Source: Candidatus Yonathbacteria bacterium (lineage in GTDB: Bacteria; Patescibacteriota; Minisyncoccia; Phycocordibacterales; JACNGX01). Taken from it: a stretch of 64,000 nt of DNA. This document shows positions 1 to 9,082 of this stretch, piece after piece (within the stretch, counting starts at the first letter, position 1; every line of letters begins with the position of its first letter). The notes under the pieces are model-generated. The model saw only the letters and a list, made by a program, of their open reading frames with translations, did not search any database and was not told where the DNA came from. The stretch lies in assembly GCA_013334825.1 (NCBI GenBank), contig JAAXWR010000003.1, positions 101,167 to 165,166 of the forward strand, in the 5' to 3' direction. A program made the position numbers and the translations under genes.

Positions 1-77
1 GTCCGCCCCGCCCTTTCTTAAGAAAGGGCGGGGCGGACCCGTGCGCTCCGCCGTAGTGGAGACGTCGCGGGAGAACT
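1..77. repeat. GC-rich palindromic intergenic repeat (second copy at 44986-45060; partial copy ~53051-53093)
   Basis: GTCCGCCCCGCCCTTTCTTAAGAAAGG(G/A)CGGGGCGGACCC hairpin followed by GAGACGTCGCGGGA, seen at both places. Confidence 0.85.
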
Positions 78-110
78 ATAAACTAAGAATTCGTCTTATC
101 CCCACCCCCA

Positions 111-1364
111 TTGACTGCACAGATGAGCGGTGTATACTCGTACATACGCCTGACATGCCTGTACGAAAGCTCCCCGAGCAAGAAGTCAATGAACCGACCA
201 AAAACGGCCTCGTTGAGCCATCTTGTGAAGGAACCCGCACGTAAGACACTCCCACATCGGCTTATCTTACCCTCTATACAAGAGCCCGAAAGCGTTATTA
301 TTTTGCTTGATCGGGTGAACATATTGTATGCACGTCGTTCCGCTACCATAAAAGCGATTGCGGTAGCATGCTCTCTCTCAGTCCCCTTTTTGACACATGC
401 GGGCGTATTTTCCTTTGTTTCTGGACTTTTTGGACAGCCGGTCATGGCCGAAGAGACGATGTCTGAGGACAATTCTCAGACAATGGACCTGCTGTCTCCT
501 GCGATTCACACTGACCCCAACCCCGCAAAAGGTGGTGGCGATATCACTATTGTAGAAAACGTTGCTCTTTTGCCCGATTCAGGACCTTCGGGAACTCTTG
601 CTGACGTTGAGGAATCAAAACCCAAGTCAGATCATATCAGTTTGTATGTCGTTCGCCCCGGAGATTCATTGTCACAAATTGCGGATATGTTTGGCGTAAC
701 TCCCGATACCGTGAGATGGGCAAATGATATGAAAAAAGGTACATCTATTCAGCCAGGGCAAACACTTGTCATTCTCCCTATTTCGGGTGTCCGTCACATT
801 GTTGGCAAAGGAGAGACCCTTGCATCTATTGCCAAGAAATATGGCGGTGATGCGGATGAAATTATGGATTTCAATGGCATGTCAGGAGCTGTGCTTGCTG
901 TGGGTGATACGGTTATTATTCCAGATGGAGAAATTGCTATTCCCGCGCAGACAAAATCTTCCGTTTCTTCAACGAAAAAGAACACAACGTCTTCTGGTAA
1001 GACAAATACCGCATCTTCTTCTGGATATTATATGCGTCCAGTGAGTGGTGGGTATCGTTCCCAAGGTCTTCATGGATATAATGCCATCGATATTGCGGCA
1101 CCGATTGGTACTCCTGTTATGGCATCTGCCTCAGGAACGGTCATTATTGCAAAAGGTTCAGGATGGAATGGAGGATACGGAAGTTATATTGTTATCAAAC
1201 ATGAAAATGGTACACAAACACTGTACGCGCATGAAAGTTCTGTTATTGTGTCCGTCGGACAATCTGTTGTAAAGGGACAAGTTATCGGGTATATCGGTTC
1301 AACAGGAAAGTCTACGGGACCCCATTTGCACTTCGAAGTCCGTGGCGCGGTGAATCCTTTTTAG
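111..1364 (+). CDS. LysM-domain M23 family peptidase (true start probably downstream of 111)
   Basis: Two LysM repeats (YVVRPGDSLSQIA, HIVGKGETLASIA); M23 motifs HGYNAIDIA, YAH, STGPHLHFEV. Confidence 0.92.
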   Translation: MTAQMSGVYSYIRLTCLYESSPSKKSMNRPKTASLSHLVKEPARKTLPHRLILPSIQEPESVIILLDRVNILYARRSATIKAIAVACSLSVPFLTHAGVFSFVSGLFGQPVMAEETMSEDNSQTMDLLSPAIHTDPNPAKGGGDITIVENVALLPDSGPSGTLADVEESKPKSDHISLYVVRPGDSLSQIADMFGVTPDTVRWANDMKKGTSIQPGQTLVILPISGVRHIVGKGETLASIAKKYGGDADEIMDFNGMSGAVLAVGDTVIIPDGEIAIPAQTKSSVSSTKKNTTSSGKTNTASSSGYYMRPVSGGYRSQGLHGYNAIDIAAPIGTPVMASASGTVIIAKGSGWNGGYGSYIVIKHENGTQTLYAHESSVIVSVGQSVVKGQVIGYIGSTGKSTGPHLHFEVRGAVNPF

Positions 1365-1403
1365 GTAATAGGTTATAGGGATGAGAGGTTAGAAAAAATA
1401 CTG

Positions 1404-1441
1404 AAAAGTGGCGCGGTCATAATATGACCGCGCCACTTTTC
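1404..1441. terminator. Bidirectional intrinsic terminator
   Basis: AAAAGTGGCGCGGTCAT-AAT-ATGACCGCGCCACTTTT between convergent genes. Confidence 0.8.
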
Positions 1442-1531
1442 AATTGAAAAATAAAACCATATGTTTTGCTCAGTTTTTTTGTTTATCTACAAATACAAAA
1501 TCGTCCGCGTGTTATGCGGACGATGGGTGTA

Positions 1532-2131
1532 TTAATGAGTTGAGTATACTACTCTGTACTCTGCCCTAACATCTTCTTCCATCCCCAGATAGAGAGAGGT
1601 CTCTTGTAAGACAGTTTTCCCTTTTCGTACTTCGAGAGTAAGGGAATCCGTTTCAATTGATTTTCCACGGAGGGTGCTTGCCAGTGTTTCCAAGTTTGCG
1701 GGACTCATTGTTTTCCCTATTGCGATATGAAATATGGGGAAAAGATAATTAAGATATTTTTTGAACGTCCCTCTATGCGCGACATAAGGAAGTATCGCCG
1801 AGGAAAGTCTCTTCCGCAATTGACGTAACACTCTTGCGTCTTCTCTGTTTATGAGGAGACAATTCATTTGTGTAGTACCATGTCCCGCGCATCCATCTAT
1901 GGTGGCGCAAAGAGGAGCAATACGATACGAGAGAAGTGTCTCTGACAGGACAGCTTTTATGACAGAAGGTTCAATATATGAATTGAACCCTAGTATCGTA
2001 ATGTGGGGCTCTTTTGTCCACCGTGAGATTTCTGTCAAGTGGTGTGTGAGGAATGTATATCTCCGCATCAGTGGATTTATGAGAGAAGATGCGGAAATTG
2101 AGAGAAAGAAATGATAGGGTTCATTCTTCAT
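1532..2131 (-). CDS. 2H phosphoesterase (2'-5' RNA ligase-like), degenerate second motif
   Basis: PHITIL and FHIAIG resemble the two HxT/S motifs at typical spacing. Confidence 0.6.
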   Translation of the reverse strand: MKNEPYHFFLSISASSLINPLMRRYTFLTHHLTEISRWTKEPHITILGFNSYIEPSVIKAVLSETLLSYRIAPLCATIDGCAGHGTTQMNCLLINREDARVLRQLRKRLSSAILPYVAHRGTFKKYLNYLFPIFHIAIGKTMSPANLETLASTLRGKSIETDSLTLEVRKGKTVLQETSLYLGMEEDVRAEYRVVYSTH

Positions 2132-2426
2132 AATGCCTCTCTTTTGTTAGTATATTGGGGATGTTGTTAGTGAACGCTTTCTGTATCCTATATGTATGGA
2201 GAAGAAAAAGCAAGATACTTGCCCATGTGGAACAAACGCGCCTGCCCTGAACCCTACGTTGTGCAGGGGGACTTCGCGGGTCGTACGTGGATGTTATAGA
2301 ACATGTAGAAAGAAAACTATCTATTGGAAATAAGAAAAGTGATGAGTTCATTTTTTAGATTTAGTGTTGAGATATGTTTTTAAATATGTATTGTTTTTTC
2401 AAACAAAAAGACCCAAAGTGATTGGG

Positions 2427-2954
2427 TCATATATCAGATGTACTGGAAAGGAAGTAATCTCTCATGTGTTCCCATGGAGATTCTTTACAAAATTTTGTCA
2501 TCACATGAAATGCTTTGTAGGGAATAGTCATTCCCGTATACGTATGTATAAGCCGAGGAGGATTCTCTTTGTAGCCGATACTTATGTGTGGTGTATAGTA
2601 ACGGCCTCCGATTTCGTGAAAAGATTTTTCAAAGAAAAAAGGACGTTTATCGAAGGGGGCTAAAGCAGTACAAATATTCATGTGCAGTTCCTGTAGAGCA
2701 CGGGGTTTTGATAATGCTAGTACATGCGTACATGCCCCATCTTTTTCGAACGTTTTTATTCCGATAATTTTTACGGTGAAGTACTCAATACAGATTTTTT
2801 CAAATGCCTTATGTATGAGTGGTATGTGTTCTTCAAGAATATTTGCACGTAGAATGGTCATATGAAGACCTGTCCAAGGAGGAGTTACTTCAGGCTCAGA
2901 GATAAGAAGATTGATAATCTCCGGACTCAGTTTGAGATATACAAGAATATGCAT
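2427..2954 (-). CDS. 2H phosphoesterase (2'-5' RNA ligase-like)
   Basis: LHMTIL and YTPHISIGY motifs. Confidence 0.8.
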   Translation of the reverse strand: MHILVYLKLSPEIINLLISEPEVTPPWTGLHMTILRANILEEHIPLIHKAFEKICIEYFTVKIIGIKTFEKDGACTHVLALSKPRALQELHMNICTALAPFDKRPFFFEKSFHEIGGRYYTPHISIGYKENPPRLIHTYTGMTIPYKAFHVMTKFCKESPWEHMRDYFLSSTSDI

Positions 2955-3204
2955 GATGATTGACTTTTTCAGTTGAAAGGATTCTTTCGCAATCCTACAA
3001 AATATTGTCTATTTTTGCAACTAGTCCGCTCTGAGAATTGAGAACCTTATTTTTTCTTCCTTCCAAAATTTACCTAAGTTGGATGTGGATAACATGGACA
3101 ATGGAGACATGGAAACCAGAAAAAAATCGAGTGCGGGGCAGAATGCCCCGCACTGTTTGTTTTCAGTACTACGAACTACGAACTAAGAACTACGAACTTC
3201 GTCC

Positions 3205-4782
3205 TCACATTTCCCACACACGTGGTCTGTAGCGCAATGCTTCAAGGATGTGTGTTTCTTCCACAGAGTCTTTCCCTTCCATATCGGCGATGGTGCGTGC
3301 GACTTTGATGGTCTTGTGATATGCGCGGGCAGAGAGTCCTAGCGCGCGTGCCGAGTCAACAAGTGTCTCACGTGCATGTTCCGAGAGTGTTGCACGTTCG
3401 TCCACATCACGCGCTTTCATATCTGCGTTTTTCGTAACGTGTGCAAGGTCGGTAAAGCGCGCGCGTTGCACGTTACGTGCCAAAGCAACGCGTGCGCGGA
3501 CGGCATCACTTCCCTCTCCTCGTGGCGCGGCAGTGTCGAGTGTCGCGTGATCGACCGCATCTACATGAAGCCATATATCAATACGGTCCATAATGGGACC
3601 GGAAAGTTTTTTGCGGTATCCGATAAGTTGAGATTGTGTGCATGTGCAACGTTTCGCTGAGCCAAAGTTACCACATGGGCAAGGGTTCATCGCGGCGACG
3701 AGAATGACATTCGCGGGAAATGTCTCCGTTCCTTTCACGCGTGAGACGGTAACGATATTGTCTTCGAGCGGTTGACGAAGTGCCTCAATAACACGTTTAT
3801 CAAATTCGGGAAATTCATCCATGAAGAGTACTCCATGGTGCGCGAGGGTAACTTCTCCGGGTTTTGGAATTGTTCCTCCGCCGATAATAGAGGTATGTGA
3901 CGCAGTATGATGTGGCGCGCGAAAAGGCGCAGATATTTGCACAACATCTTCAAGTGTTCCCGCGACAGAATGGATGGCGGTTATTTCAAGTGCTTCTTCC
4001 ATGTCGAGAGGAGGGAGAAGCCCCGCGAATGCGCGTGCAAGCATAGTCTTGCCAGTCCCCGGTGGTCCATACATGCAGACATTGTGCCCACCTGCTGCCG
4101 CGATTTCTAAGCCCCGTTTCGCAGACTCTTGTCCGCGCACATCGGCCATGTCTGTCGCGCTCCGTGAAATGGTGGGTGTAATAGTGCGGTGTGGTTCAGC
4201 GACAAGTTCTGTTCGTGCAATATTCTTTCTCTGCCCATCTTTTTTTGTAGGATCTGTTTCATCAATATGTTCAACGATTTCGCCAAGTGTACGCACGCTA
4301 TACACAGCGATACCTTCAATGAGTGCAGCTTCGGCGGCATTTGCTTCGGGAACAAAAACGTCCGTGAAACCGCGTTTTTTTGCTTCACGCGCAAGAGGAA
4401 GGATGCCTTTTCCTGGACGGAGTCCTCCGTCAAGCGCAAGCTCTCCGAGAAAAAGCATATGCTCTGGGTTGCAAATAATTTGTTCATCTGCCAGTAAAAA
4501 ACCAATTGCCAGAGCGACATCAAAGATAGGTCCTTCTTTGCGAATATCTGCTGGAGCCAGTGAGATGATTGTTTTTTGCTGACTTGATTTGGGTGATGCA
4601 AAACCAATATTTTTTATTGCCGCGGAGACACGGTCGCGCGCTTCTTCAACTGCCTTGTCGGGGAGTCCGACGATAGAGAATGCATGCAATGTGTTTTTTA
4701 CGATATCTGTTTCAACACTGATAATATGCGCGGATAGTCCAACCGTCTGCGCCGCGTACACGCGTGAGAAGTGGTTTGTCAT
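3205..4782 (-). CDS. comM: YifB/ComM Mg-chelatase-like AAA+ ATPase
   Basis: IVGLPDKAVEEARDRV, GELALDG, GPPGTGKTMLA, PFRAPHH, AAMNPCPCG. Confidence 0.95.
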   Translation of the reverse strand: MTNHFSRVYAAQTVGLSAHIISVETDIVKNTLHAFSIVGLPDKAVEEARDRVSAAIKNIGFASPKSSQQKTIISLAPADIRKEGPIFDVALAIGFLLADEQIICNPEHMLFLGELALDGGLRPGKGILPLAREAKKRGFTDVFVPEANAAEAALIEGIAVYSVRTLGEIVEHIDETDPTKKDGQRKNIARTELVAEPHRTITPTISRSATDMADVRGQESAKRGLEIAAAGGHNVCMYGPPGTGKTMLARAFAGLLPPLDMEEALEITAIHSVAGTLEDVVQISAPFRAPHHTASHTSIIGGGTIPKPGEVTLAHHGVLFMDEFPEFDKRVIEALRQPLEDNIVTVSRVKGTETFPANVILVAAMNPCPCGNFGSAKRCTCTQSQLIGYRKKLSGPIMDRIDIWLHVDAVDHATLDTAAPRGEGSDAVRARVALARNVQRARFTDLAHVTKNADMKARDVDERATLSEHARETLVDSARALGLSARAYHKTIKVARTIADMEGKDSVEETHILEALRYRPRVWEM

Positions 4783-4957
4783 GAAGATAGTATAGCAAAT
4801 AGAAAAGGAGGTGAGAAAGATAGTATGTGAGTATATGGAGACGGTATATAAGTACGTACGTATTTTTGAGAAGAAAAATGGGGGGGATTGACGTTCGAGT
4901 ATGTTTTGTGTAGTGTGGGTCAGGAAGTTTTTCTATAAACACTATAAAAATAAAAAG

Positions 4958-5827
4958 ATGAGAATTATATCATACAAGGACGCATGCGAGGGAAAGATTC
5001 CCTCGCGCACTGATTTCAGGTATGTTCGAAATCAGGTAAGTACTGCTCTTCAAAAATCCGACTGTATCCTTTGTGCGCTTGAATTTGGTTCAGTCGTTTC
5101 AGTAGAAGTTGAGTACACCAGCGACTATGACGTGCTTGTTATTTGTGAAGACAGATGTTTTTGTAACGGAAAAGTGGCAGAAGTGCTCGGGCCTCTTTCC
5201 GAGCTTGCATATTATCGACATGTTCCCCTTGCATGGATAGTGACTCCCTTGTCTGTTGCAAAGGATGCAACAAAACACACCTGGGAGGAATCTTTTCTGA
5301 AGAGCGTACTGGGTACAAACGAAAAAAAGGGAATCATCAAGGGTGATCCGCATAGTCTTATAGATATGCGTGAAGAAGGAGATATGCGCGTATACGTGCG
5401 AGAGTATATTCGCAGAAAAATGAGCAAATTCAGGAATGCAATTCCTGAACTGTATGCAAATGAGTCATTTCTTTCTGAAGAGAGAAAGCGCACTCTTTTA
5501 GGAGATGTGTTTTCATTTCCTATCCATGTTGCACGGAAGATTCTTCAGTGTCATGGATGGAAATTCCCTCAAGGTGACGGAAAGAATGCTGTATATGAGC
5601 AGTATAAAATGCGTTTTGAAGGACACTCGGTGCTGAATCTTTTCTGTACTCTCATGGAATTACGAGGAATGTATACTCTTGCTGTTGAGAATATGGATTG
5701 GTTCGGTGAAAGTCCGTTGACACAAAAAGTATATGTTGAGATGACGCAACTTACACCCAAGATTCTTCTTCTTGCTCATGATTTTGGAGAAGCGAATCTT
5801 GATATACTGTCACAAATTACAGAGTAA
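4958..5827 (+). CDS. Pol-beta superfamily nucleotidyltransferase-like protein with helical C-terminus
   Basis: FGS..x9..SDYDVLVI fits hG[S]xnDhD motif; start taken at MRIISY. Confidence 0.6.
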   Translation: MRIISYKDACEGKIPSRTDFRYVRNQVSTALQKSDCILCALEFGSVVSVEVEYTSDYDVLVICEDRCFCNGKVAEVLGPLSELAYYRHVPLAWIVTPLSVAKDATKHTWEESFLKSVLGTNEKKGIIKGDPHSLIDMREEGDMRVYVREYIRRKMSKFRNAIPELYANESFLSEERKRTLLGDVFSFPIHVARKILQCHGWKFPQGDGKNAVYEQYKMRFEGHSVLNLFCTLMELRGMYTLAVENMDWFGESPLTQKVYVEMTQLTPKILLLAHDFGEANLDILSQITE

Positions 5828-5871
5828 CACTCGCCGCATCATCGGCGGGTTTTTGTTTGGAGATAGATATA

Positions 5872-6270
5872 TTACGCGGCTTCTTTTTTATGAGATGTGT
5901 GCTCTCGGAGAAGGAGCATCGCAAGGGTGCCTGAGTTTTTGTGATTGAGCGTGGCGATATCAAAAGGTAGTGTATATCCTGCCTCAACAAGGGTATGAAG
6001 AGATGTTTCAAATGCGTCATGCGCTTTTGTCTCTTTTTTGTGCCAAGGGGAATCAGGTGCAGTTTCTTCAAAAGAAAGCGTTGTTGCCTCTTCGACACAT
6101 GCGACAAATGTACGCGCCGTATCATATACCATGTCAACCATCCGTGTTCCCTCTTCGCCACCAATGTTTGCGATTGAGTCAAATGCATCAGAAAGATGTG
6201 TTGCGTCTTCCCGAGTAAAGCGGACAACCTGCTCAATAATAATTTCTTCAGGCATGTGTTCTGGTGTCAT
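5872..6270 (-). CDS. Hypothetical protein
   Basis: Non-overlapping 3' part of the 212-aa ORF (start MTPEHM); downstream hairpin. Confidence 0.55.
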   Translation of the reverse strand: MTPEHMPEEIIIEQVVRFTREDATHLSDAFDSIANIGGEEGTRMVDMVYDTARTFVACVEEATTLSFEETAPDSPWHKKETKAHDAFETSLHTLVEAGYTLPFDIATLNHKNSGTLAMLLLREHTSHKKEAA

Positions 6271-6340
6271 AAGAAAAGAATATGATGAATAACATACTAT
6301 GTAAACGCGCGCGGGCACTATGCCCGCGCGCTTCTTTTGC

Positions 6341-6703
6341 TTATTTACTATTGATATGTTCTTTGCATGTAGTTGCCGCAGGGTTTGCTTCCAATCGGTC
6401 TTCTTCAATTTCTTTTTCGCAAATTCTACATGTGCCATAGGTACCTGCTTCGATACGCTCGAGCGCGTCATTGACTTCAGCGAGACGTTCTTCAAGGGGG
6501 GCTGTGACACCGATGCGTGTAACGAATTCTTCTACAGCATCCGCGCGAACATTGAGATCAGGATCATTGATATCAAGTTCATCATCTGGCATAGGTTGCC
6601 AATCGTCTTTGTTTTCTGGATTGATACGACCGATACCGTGAAGTTCGGACTCGAGTGTTGCCTTCTCTTCGAGAAGTGATTGTTTGTATGTGTCAGTATT
6701 CAT
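6341..6703 (-). CDS. TraR/DksA C4 zinc-finger protein
   Basis: ALERIEAGTYGTCRICEKEIEEDRLEANPAATTCKEH. Confidence 0.92.
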   Translation of the reverse strand: MNTDTYKQSLLEEKATLESELHGIGRINPENKDDWQPMPDDELDINDPDLNVRADAVEEFVTRIGVTAPLEERLAEVNDALERIEAGTYGTCRICEKEIEEDRLEANPAATTCKEHINSK

Positions 6704-6749
6704 GATACGAACACTATAGCATGCTCGTTTGAAGGAGTCCATAAGGGAA

Positions 6750-8267
6750 TTATTTTCTCTTCTCCTGAATGATACGGTTTACGATTTCGTCCATAGTATC
6801 AGGACTTGTGGCGATAATAAGTGTTTCTTTGTCATAAAACGTATAAAGGAGAACGATATTCCCCGACATATCCTTGAGCGAACGGACGTCACGGTTTTTT
6901 ATAATGACATCTTCCCACTGTTTTTCGAATACGCTTTGATCAACAGAAATACCAAACATGGGAATAAGATCTCGGGCCATGGATGGTTCCCATTTGAGCA
7001 TACCAGAAAAAGCATTATCAAAAAGATCATTGGTGGTTGTAAATACCAAAAATCCTTGATTCCCATTCCAGACATGAACACCGAGTTCATATATGGGGCC
7101 AAACGAACGTGCAAGCCATGAAGGCATCGAACTCCCAATGAGAGAAAGAAATCGTTCAGTTTGTACGACCGTCACAGATGACGTCCCATCGAGGCCGACA
7201 CTCTGTTCCGTCACGTATAATTGAGAAATTGAATCAATAAACATGTCAGTATTGAGAATGGTATTTTTTATTGCATTCCGTACAGATGCTTCTTCAAGTC
7301 CGTTTGCTGAAATCTCTTTTTTTCCTTCAGTTGAAAAGAGTGCAGGAACCTCAAGTGTTGTCCTCGATGTTTCTCCGTTAGAGAATGTTTGTGTATACCA
7401 ATACCATCCACCGACGCCGAGTGACGCAGTCCCAAGGATAAGTAATGCGATTGCACCGTAGACGAATGCGTTATTTTTCTTTTTTTCTACAATCGCTACC
7501 TCCGCTTTCTCTTCAGATATGCGATGTTCTGCAAGAACTGATTGGACCATGGATGGCTTTTGAGAACGCATTGCCTCTGCGACATCTGATTCAAATGTAC
7601 GGAGACTTCGGAGTAATGTTTTTTCACCCGCTTCTGTTGCGTGTTTCTCTCCTCGTGCTGTTGCTTCTTTCGTTCGTGCTTCGTCCGCGGCGATTTCCTC
7701 GGGGCTTTTATGTTGGGACGCCATGACGTCTGCTGCAAAAAGTGGGTCACCTGGTTCTGTGGGACGAATAATTTCTTCTGGTTTGAGAAGTTCTTTTTCT
7801 CGGGCAAGACCTTCTTTGATTGCTTGTAGATGTGGTGCTGGTCCGCGCTCTATGGGGGATCGTTCTTGATGTGTACGGAGTTCTCGGGCGATTGATGTAT
7901 CAGGAACCGATAGTGAGGATTCTCCTGAAGGAGAAGAAGATGGTTCTTTTTGAGAAGCAGATGTAGATGGTGTAACGTTTTCACGAAACGGGTCAGAAGA
8001 GGGGGTGGATGAATGTGAATCCGAGGTGGCGAGTGTGTTGTTGAGCACCACTGATGTTTTTTTTGTGTAAGATGATTGTGTGACTGGAAGAGGGTCAGGT
8101 TCTTTTAGAGAGATATTTGTAGGGGCTACCGCTTCTCGATAGGTGTCAGCGGTTTTTGTATTGGTTGTGGATGTTTCTGTCCCTGGCACACTCAACACAC
8201 GTTCTTCTGCGTTGGGAGAAACGGGAGTGATTGTATCCGAGTCAATGGTAAAAATCGGATCAGCCAT
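6750..8267 (-). CDS. Hypothetical single-pass membrane protein with disordered N-terminus
   Basis: 505-aa ORF, S/T/P-rich N-terminus, one TM segment (AFVYGAIALLILGTASLGVGGWYWY). Confidence 0.8.
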   Translation of the reverse strand: MADPIFTIDSDTITPVSPNAEERVLSVPGTETSTTNTKTADTYREAVAPTNISLKEPDPLPVTQSSYTKKTSVVLNNTLATSDSHSSTPSSDPFRENVTPSTSASQKEPSSSPSGESSLSVPDTSIARELRTHQERSPIERGPAPHLQAIKEGLAREKELLKPEEIIRPTEPGDPLFAADVMASQHKSPEEIAADEARTKEATARGEKHATEAGEKTLLRSLRTFESDVAEAMRSQKPSMVQSVLAEHRISEEKAEVAIVEKKKNNAFVYGAIALLILGTASLGVGGWYWYTQTFSNGETSRTTLEVPALFSTEGKKEISANGLEEASVRNAIKNTILNTDMFIDSISQLYVTEQSVGLDGTSSVTVVQTERFLSLIGSSMPSWLARSFGPIYELGVHVWNGNQGFLVFTTTNDLFDNAFSGMLKWEPSMARDLIPMFGISVDQSVFEKQWEDVIIKNRDVRSLKDMSGNIVLLYTFYDKETLIIATSPDTMDEIVNRIIQEKRK

Positions 8268-8392
8268 AATTGTTTATAGTAGTATATCATACTCCATTAT
8301 TGTTGCGGGAGGTCATGGTATGTTTGCGTATCAAACGATTTTTATATGATGACAATAGAAACTAGTATAAATTCTATCAATTAAAAAGTGAG

Positions 8393-8896
8393 GTGTGTAT
8401 GGCACGTATACCAAGAGGATATAAAAAACATGTCCGCAGGGTGATAGCCGGACTCCAGAGGGAATTCCCGGAGACGAATGTCATGGAGGAATTTGAAAAG
8501 GATCCTGCAGCGCCTGCTTCTCTGAGTGAGAAGGCACATCCAAACATTCCGGGATTTGTGGTTTCAATAAGGAACGAGGAGTATGACATAAAAGTGTATG
8601 TTGATCCAAAGCGGGGTGTTGTAGTGAAGTTCCTTGTCGGAGATAGTCCTTTGGATGAGGAGATATCTCCCGTCATGTGGGCACAAGATGAAAAAGAAGA
8701 GAAAATAATGCCCGATATTGGGCTTATCTGTGAACGAGTCAGAAAAGAATTCCGCGTGCGGAAAGATTTTCAGACCGCTGTGGCGGAAGTCAATGCACAG
8801 CGTTTGGAAGAATACAGATATCCGAGTATGCACCCGCAGCGGTCAATATTTCCTGGGAAGAGACCGCCCAAAAGGTACGGAAGCAAGACCGCGTGA
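8393..8896 (+). CDS. Hypothetical protein
   Basis: 167-aa ORF with GAGG-type SD and downstream terminator hairpin. Confidence 0.7.
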   Translation: MCMARIPRGYKKHVRRVIAGLQREFPETNVMEEFEKDPAAPASLSEKAHPNIPGFVVSIRNEEYDIKVYVDPKRGVVVKFLVGDSPLDEEISPVMWAQDEKEEKIMPDIGLICERVRKEFRVRKDFQTAVAEVNAQRLEEYRYPSMHPQRSIFPGKRPPKRYGSKTA

Positions 8897-9082
8897 AGCG
8901 GTCTTTTTGTTTTTTAAAATAATATGAAACACTGCAATAGGCAGGGCGCAAGCCCCGCCTATTGCAGTGTTAATTTTCAACTAAGAACTACGAACTAAGA
9001 ACTACGAACTCTGGCACAAAGCGTATACCGCCAATGCCCCTATCTTTTCTGACAACTAAGGCCTAATCAATAACAACTCATC

